From positions 2,310,001-2,342,000 of the forward strand of contig NC_006576.1 of NCBI RefSeq assembly GCF_000010065.1: a stretch of DNA of 32,000 nucleotides, read 5' to 3'. Shown one piece after another: positions 27,501 to 32,000 of the stretch. Within the stretch, counting starts at the first letter, position 1, and each line of letters opens with the position of its first letter. The notes beneath the pieces are model-generated. The model worked only from the letters and a program-made list of their open reading frames with translations. It searched no databases and was not told the DNA's origin. The DNA is from Synechococcus elongatus PCC 6301. GTDB lineage: Bacteria; Cyanobacteriota; Cyanobacteriia; Synechococcales; Synechococcaceae. A program made the translations under genes and the position numbers.

Positions 27501-27553
27501 AACTTAGAGGTCGCTATTTCTGTCTATATCGTCAACAAGATGCTTTGAACTAA
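24551..27553 (+). CDS. HlyB-type ABC exporter: cNMP-binding-like domain, then C39-like domain, then 6-TM domain, then ATPase
   Basis: 1000 aa. A CAP-like beta-roll pattern occupies roughly residues 30-130 (HVLVVLSGQIRVVY..LGRFGAGACLGW..AVLAIPAAAFLDML). The C39-like region lies around residues 290-420. ATPase motifs: Walker A GQSGSGKST (26930-26956), signature LSGGQRQR (from 27242), Walker B LLILDEATSALD (from 27302). Confidence 0.9.
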   Translation: MVAIPSNLCELLAGQAYFQAYPAAAYEPWRAQLQLGKFAVGQPLLPPEQLPSHVLVVLSGQIRVVYQPVGQVRGISLGRFGAGACLGWAPLLRGCPGEASSGSEAGAVLAIPAAAFLDMLKQLPDLAQAFGSQAAPSEVMSVLQAQSWPSPLTVQEWSAFVQELLPQTRVQLVDTVHSGANTLLSRDYDWYVSGNNGTSALGLPIDLEAAIPSPKGSLALRLLGLPAGTVAQRQTRNHHDAVGTSEEPSTAATTDSATVTDSPSPWTSTVPADLSADLYDGSQRSQKFPVERGNDPVSEAQACLKMIARSLKIPFRRDQVQRVIEEQYRRLKSISLQELAVLLEMQALRSQILQLRLVDLPRVPLPALIAWEEGHAVLYAVDATSITFADPRQGLITLSLAEFQQRWGNAGTILLATKTQFTQSQRFGLSWFWPSIQRYRVRLIEVLIASLVVQLFTLANPLIIQQVIDKVIGQGSLNNLNSFAVLLVILGVFQGLLSSLRTYLFADTTNRIDLKLGSDIIDRLLKLPLRYFERRPVGELSSRVQELEKIRSFLTGTALTTVMDAMFSVIYILVMLVYSWFLTLVALSTVPIFVAITFFASPVVRRQLREKAERNAETQSQLVEVLSGIQTVKAQNIELKARWQWQERYARYIAAGFRNINTSTAASSLTNFFNQLSGLLVLWVGVYLVFDNQLSLGQLIAFRIISGYVTQPLLRLAQLWQNFQETALSLERLADIVDTPQESDDDDQGKIPMPMINGKVEFRNLSFRFGEQGPLQLSNVTLEIPAGEYVGIVGQSGSGKSTLMKLLPRLYSPLEGEILIDGYDISKVGLYSLRRQIGIVPQDSLLFQGTVEENISLTKPNATTDEIITAAKAAGAHDFIMTLPLGYNTRVGERGGALSGGQRQRIAIARTVLQNPQLLILDEATSALDYDTERQVSINLQQHFRGKTVFFITHRLSTVRHADRIIVMDKGAMVEQGSHDELMELRGRYFCLYRQQDALN

Positions 27554-27594
27554 CGAGAATTCCTTTGCACTGCTTCCATTTTTAAGAGAAAGAC

Positions 27595-28920
27595 ATGTCT
27601 ATTTCATCGCCTACACCCAGTCCAGAACCAGCTCAAACCCCAGCTACGGATGCTTCTTTCAATCCTGATCAAGATGTAAGTCTGAATCAGAGTCGCTTAT
27701 GGTCGCGACTGACAATTTGGACGCTAGTTGGAGTGACAGCTAGTGCAACTGCTTGGGCTTGCATCGCACAAATTGATGAAGCCGTACAAGTTCAAGGACA
27801 ATTAGAGCCGAAAGCAGCAGTCAAGGATGTTCAAGCTCCTGTGGGGGGTGTTCTTGAACGGCTAGAAGTGAAGGAGGGGCAGCGAGTTACACAAGGCCAA
27901 ATATTAGCGAGATTTAATGCGACTACAGTTGCAGAGCGGATTCGGTCTCTAACAGAGATCCGGGAACGCTTAGTTGCTGAAAATCAGACCTTCCGAGCGC
28001 AAATTGGCGAATCATCTGAAGGTTCAGTTTCCGTCAACCAACAACAGCGAATTGAAGCAGCCCGCCGTGAATTTGAAAGTCGGCAAGAAGCAGCTCGTTT
28101 AGAAGCATCTCAGCTTAAGCAACAGCAACTTCAAGTTGAAAGTGAACTACAGCAAGTTCGATACTCGCTAGACTTGAACCAGCGAATTCTCAATGACCTA
28201 CGCCCCCTGTACGAGGAAGGGGGAATTGCTAGGACTCAGTACCTCAAGCAAGAAGAGACAGTTAGTCAGCTAGAAAGCACACTAAGAAAAAATCAAGCAG
28301 AACTCCAACGCTTGCAGTTTGCGGTCAGCCAAGCTGAAGCTCGCTTAACTAATACGCAAACAGTCACATTTTCAGAGGCTAGGGGACGTATTGAAGAAAA
28401 TGCCCGTCGAATCGCTGAGATTGATAGTCAAATTACAGAAGCTAAACAAACATTGAAATATCAGATCGTTCGTGCTCCTCAAAGCGGAACAGTTTTCGAT
28501 ATTACAGCTCAAGGGCCGGGATATGTAGCAAACACCTCAGAACCACTAATGAAGCTGGTACCTGATGATGAACTTGTTGCTCGACTGTATATTCCCAACA
28601 AAGATATAGGATTTGTTCGGACTGGTCAGGATGTGGATATTCGTATTGACTCCTATCCGTTTAGTGAATATGGAGATCTCAAGGGTAAGTTGACGCGAGT
28701 TGGCTCAGATTCTCTTCCTCCCAACGATACCTATCAATATGTTCGCTTCCCAGCAGAAGTGACGTTGCAAGAACAAAAACTTGTTAGCCGGGGTCGGGAG
28801 CTGCCAATCCAATCAGGGATGTCTGTTTCGGCCAGTATCCGTCTACGTCAAAGACCTGTCATCACTTTGCTTTCAGATCTCTTCTCGCGTAGTAGTGATG
28901 CACTCAAGACAATTCGCTAG
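27595..28920 (+). CDS. HlyD-family membrane fusion protein (type I secretion adaptor)
   Basis: 441 aa. It has an N-terminal TM helix (LTIWTLVGVTASATAWACIA), a lipoyl-like motif (VQAPVGGVLERLEVKEGQRVTQGQILARF), a long coiled-coil middle region and a C-terminal beta-barrel segment (GMSVSASIRL). Confidence 0.9.
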   Translation: MSISSPTPSPEPAQTPATDASFNPDQDVSLNQSRLWSRLTIWTLVGVTASATAWACIAQIDEAVQVQGQLEPKAAVKDVQAPVGGVLERLEVKEGQRVTQGQILARFNATTVAERIRSLTEIRERLVAENQTFRAQIGESSEGSVSVNQQQRIEAARREFESRQEAARLEASQLKQQQLQVESELQQVRYSLDLNQRILNDLRPLYEEGGIARTQYLKQEETVSQLESTLRKNQAELQRLQFAVSQAEARLTNTQTVTFSEARGRIEENARRIAEIDSQITEAKQTLKYQIVRAPQSGTVFDITAQGPGYVANTSEPLMKLVPDDELVARLYIPNKDIGFVRTGQDVDIRIDSYPFSEYGDLKGKLTRVGSDSLPPNDTYQYVRFPAEVTLQEQKLVSRGRELPIQSGMSVSASIRLRQRPVITLLSDLFSRSSDALKTIR

Positions 28921-28935
28921 CTCTTAACTATCTCA

Positions 28936-30066
28936 ATGGCTAATAATAACCAGCTACAAATAGATAGTCTAGTCGCTGCAATTCGCCGTGAGGCTACACA
29001 GCTCACAGATCATGAGGAAGCCTTTTGCACAACAATAGTCTCCTCTCAGCAACAGTCGTTAACTGAAATTGACAGATCAATCAATGCTGCAATACAAGCG
29101 GTGGAGGACTTGGTAAAGCCTCGTTTGTCCGCTCGGCCAAGCCCTCGTAATTTCTTCAAAAAACTCTGCACAAAAGTAGGGCTTACGATTCTTGATCGAC
29201 TTGAGAGGCGACGTTGTAAAGCTGAACTTACTCTCCTAGAGACCATTCAATATTTACGGGCTAGTCAGCAACAGCTCAGAGCGGAATTTAATGATTTCCA
29301 ATCTGTAACTGATCAAGCTTTAGTCCGACAGTTTAATCATCTTCAGCGGCAAATCGATCGCACAAGTGGTTGCGTAAACTTAAACCCTGACTTAGAAAAA
29401 CTATTAGAAGCTTTTTACTGTCAATTTGAATCTGAATATCGAGGGTCTAGTGAATCTGTTCGCCATCGACTGAGACCCTATCATGATCGCCTACTCAACT
29501 CTGACTATCCTCTAGAAATCGTTGACCTGGGTTGTGGTCGGGGTGAATGGTTGTCTTTAGTTAATCAGCTTGGTCACAAAGCGAAAGGCATTGACTGTAA
29601 CCCGGAATTCGTTAACCTTTGTAAGCAGCAAAATTTAGCGGTTGAGTTGGGAGATGCTATTGTCTGGTTGCATTCACAGGCAGATAACAGCTTAGATGTT
29701 ATTTCTGCTTTTCATGTGATTGAACACCTATCTTTTACAACTCTAGCTGATTGGTTACAGCAAATATATCGAGTTTTAAAACCCCAAGGATGGTTGCTTC
29801 TGGAGACACCGAATATTAGCCAGTTCCATGTTGGGCTTGTTGATTTTTATCGAGATCCTACTCATATTCATAAGGTTCATCCCCAAACAATTAAGACTTT
29901 ACTTCAATGTCTTCGGTTTACTGATATAGAGATAGGCTACGTTGATGCAAATGGAGATAAAGTTCAATGGTTGCCAACTGAAGAGGTAACGTTGCGAGAT
30001 CCTGGACAATATGGAGCTTTACCAGCTGATATGGGCATTATCGCCCGAAAAAGAATAGGGCTCTGA
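28936..30066 (+). CDS. Class I SAM-dependent methyltransferase with a roughly 180-aa predicted coiled-coil N-terminal extension
   Basis: Motif I is IVDLGCGRGEWLSLV, followed by DVISAFHVIEHL and LKPQGWLLLETPN. Just before the catalytic domain sits FYCQFESEYRGSSESVRHRLRPY. The N-terminal region is heptad-rich and Gln-rich. Confidence 0.85.
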   Translation: MANNNQLQIDSLVAAIRREATQLTDHEEAFCTTIVSSQQQSLTEIDRSINAAIQAVEDLVKPRLSARPSPRNFFKKLCTKVGLTILDRLERRRCKAELTLLETIQYLRASQQQLRAEFNDFQSVTDQALVRQFNHLQRQIDRTSGCVNLNPDLEKLLEAFYCQFESEYRGSSESVRHRLRPYHDRLLNSDYPLEIVDLGCGRGEWLSLVNQLGHKAKGIDCNPEFVNLCKQQNLAVELGDAIVWLHSQADNSLDVISAFHVIEHLSFTTLADWLQQIYRVLKPQGWLLLETPNISQFHVGLVDFYRDPTHIHKVHPQTIKTLLQCLRFTDIEIGYVDANGDKVQWLPTEEVTLRDPGQYGALPADMGIIARKRIGL

Positions 30067-30070
30067 GCTT

Positions 30071-31117
30071 ATGCGGATTGCGATCGCAACAGTTCAAGTT
30101 CCCTTCTGCCGAGGAGGTGCAGAACTGCATGCAGAGCGTTTGCAAGCTGCTCTACAAAACTATGGATATCAATCTAATATTCTGACCATACCGTTTGCCT
30201 TCTCTCCCCCACAAGTAGTTAGCGAATCCATAGATATTTGGCAATCAAGAGCAATTCAGCAGCTTGTTGCGGCGAGCTGTGATGCTTTGGTTACACTTCG
30301 CTTCCCCGCCTATCTCATTAAGCATCCGAAACGCGTTCTATGGCTATTGCATCAGCATCGTGCAGTCTATGACCTTTGGGAGACACCCTACACAGATGAG
30401 CTATCTAAGAGTTCAGAAGGAAAAGCTTTACAACATAAAATTCAGGCTATTGACACAAGAGAAATTAGTCAATATCAACATCGATTTAGTAACTCAATAA
30501 CGGTTTCTGAAAGACTTTATCAATTTAACGGTATCACCTCTGAATTTCTTTATCATCCACCACCACTGGTTGGTCGATACTACTGCCAGCCAGCTCAGCC
30601 ATTTATTTTCTGTCCTAGCCGACTAGAGGATCTGAAACGTCAAGATTTATTGATTGAAGCAATCGCGAAACTACCCGATGTATGTGTAATCCTCGCTGGT
30701 GAAGGCGGTAACCGGCATCGTCTTGAAGCACTAATCTCAGATTTAGGACTGCAAGATCGGGTACGGTTGCTGGGGCATATCAGCGAAGCAGAACTATTGG
30801 CTTTTTATGCCAATTGCCGGGCAGTGTTCTATGCTCCCTATGATGAGGATTTTGGCTACGTTACGCTTGAAGCAATGCTTTCCCGTAAGCCCGTTATTAC
30901 TTGTCTAGATTCTGGTGAACCTGCTCGTATTATTCAGCATCAACAGACAGGATGGATTTGCGAACCAACCCCTGATGCGATCGCTGAGGTTATTCAATGG
31001 TGTTGGCAACATTCACATCAACTAGAAGATATTGGCATTGCTGGATGGGACCACTATCAAAGCCTTGGTATTTCTTGGGAAAACGTGGTAAATCGTTTAA
31101 CTTCTTCGTTCGCGTAG
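30071..31117 (+). CDS. GT4-family (group 1) glycosyltransferase
   Basis: 348 aa, starting 4 nt after the methyltransferase stop. The N-terminus is MRIAIATVQVPFCRGGAE and the C-terminal domain carries EDFGYVTLEAMLSRKPVIT..G.P.E (the E-x7-E region). Confidence 0.85.
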   Translation: MRIAIATVQVPFCRGGAELHAERLQAALQNYGYQSNILTIPFAFSPPQVVSESIDIWQSRAIQQLVAASCDALVTLRFPAYLIKHPKRVLWLLHQHRAVYDLWETPYTDELSKSSEGKALQHKIQAIDTREISQYQHRFSNSITVSERLYQFNGITSEFLYHPPPLVGRYYCQPAQPFIFCPSRLEDLKRQDLLIEAIAKLPDVCVILAGEGGNRHRLEALISDLGLQDRVRLLGHISEAELLAFYANCRAVFYAPYDEDFGYVTLEAMLSRKPVITCLDSGEPARIIQHQQTGWICEPTPDAIAEVIQWCWQHSHQLEDIGIAGWDHYQSLGISWENVVNRLTSSFA

Positions 31118-31210
31118 AAGTTGATCTGTAGAACTTTGCGGGTGTCATTAATTGCTATCAAGAGTTACAATGACAGGTCATTCAGCTGTGTAATTGTGGC
31201 TTTTTAACTA

Positions 31211-32000
31211 TGCAGATTGGCATTATTGCTCCCAGCTCTGTCCCCTTCTGCATTGGTGGAGCTGAAAAATTTTGGTGGGGATTACAACGAGCCTTTAATG
31301 ATCTAACACCTCACGCAGCTGAATTAATTAAGCTACCATCGCCTGAAAATAATATCTACGACTTAATTCAAAGTTATCAACGGTTTTCACGATTTAATCT
31401 GAATCATTTTGACCTGCTAATAAGTAGCAAATATCCTGCTTGGATGGTTAATCATCCCCGCCATCTTTGCTATCTTCAACATCGTCTTCGTGGCCTTTAT
31501 GATACTGATAATGGTCATCAAGGAAATTTGAACTTAGCTCGCTATTCTCAACTCCAAAAAATTGAGAAAATCCTTGAAAAAAATGGCGATCGCTCCCAGC
31601 TAGAGCTTTTATTCTCTGAATTGAACGATTTCTTGAAAAATGAGCCTAGTGATTCTAAGCTTTTAGAGTTCCCTGGACAATTGATTCGGAAAGTTATTCA
31701 CTTTTGCGATCGCATTGCCTTGAGCCCTACTGAGATTGCTGGTTACGCTGCGATTTCCCAAAATGTTGCCCAGCGCAAAAACTACCTTCCTGATTCGGTA
31801 CGTCCGAAAGTAATTTATCATCCCTCTGATTTAGAAAAATTCTATTGTGATAAACAAGATTACTTTTTTACTATTAGTCGTTTAGATAACGCCAAGCGAG
31901 TCAGTTTGCTGATTTCTGCAATGCAGCAAGCTAAAACAGATATTCCATTACTGATTGCAGGGACTGGACCTGAATCAGAGAGTCTTAAAAAACAAGCTGG
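31211..32000 (+). CDS. GT4-like glycosyltransferase, paralogue of the preceding gene; 3' end lies beyond the window
   Basis: The track omits it because there is no stop in the window. Hand translation from ATG 31211 is open to position 32000: MQIGIIAPSSVPFCIGGAEKFWWGL..YFFTISRLDNAKRVSLLISAM..LLIAGTGPE. Confidence 0.75.

Larger units (their letters stand above)
1..32000. repeat. Dispersed HIP1 octamer palindromes (GCGATCGC)
   Basis: Exact-match counts by eye: 7 copies in 1-2000, but only 6 after 23700 (starting at 25474, 27269, 30080, 30977, 31586 and 31706). HIP1 is a hallmark of many cyanobacterial chromosomes. Confidence 0.9.

Overview
This is a chromosomal window from a cyanobacterium. 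That is an inference from the dense HIP1 palindromes (GCGATCGC), psaM, acsF, a cyanobacterial-type hfq and several cyanobacteria-restricted conserved genes; composition and gene content resemble a Synechococcus elongatus-type genome. Positions 1 to about 23.6 kb are GC-rich housekeeping genes. They include fni (partial), a PPP-type phosphatase, a NifS-like cysteine desulfurase, dapF, hfq, an M23 peptidase/ComFB pair, and an ECF sigma/anti-sigma pair preceded by a GGAAC-N16-CGTC promoter motif. Further along are leuS, an orphan HTH gene, a GT4 glycosyltransferase with a frameshifted N-terminus, an EamA transporter, sppA, aroH, psaM (29 codons, absent from the ORF track), phoU, RNase II/R, ubiX and acsF. 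A strong hairpin terminator lies at 23657-23697. After it the composition changes abruptly: spot counts give about 37% GC versus about 65%, and HIP1 density is about 5-fold lower. A tightly packed co-directional block starts there. It encodes a parvulin-like protein, then a 1000-aa ABC exporter with an N-terminal cNMP-binding-like domain and a C39-like domain whose catalytic Cys position is Glu. Next come an HlyD-type membrane fusion protein, a SAM methyltransferase with a roughly 180-aa predicted coiled-coil N-terminal extension, and at least two paralogous GT4 glycosyltransferases, the last running off the window. This exporter plus glycan-tailoring block is my best candidate for an undescribed system. 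I found no substrate gene, outer-membrane factor, CRISPR array, tRNA/rRNA or transposase. All family assignments rest on motif recognition by eye; no database search was possible.
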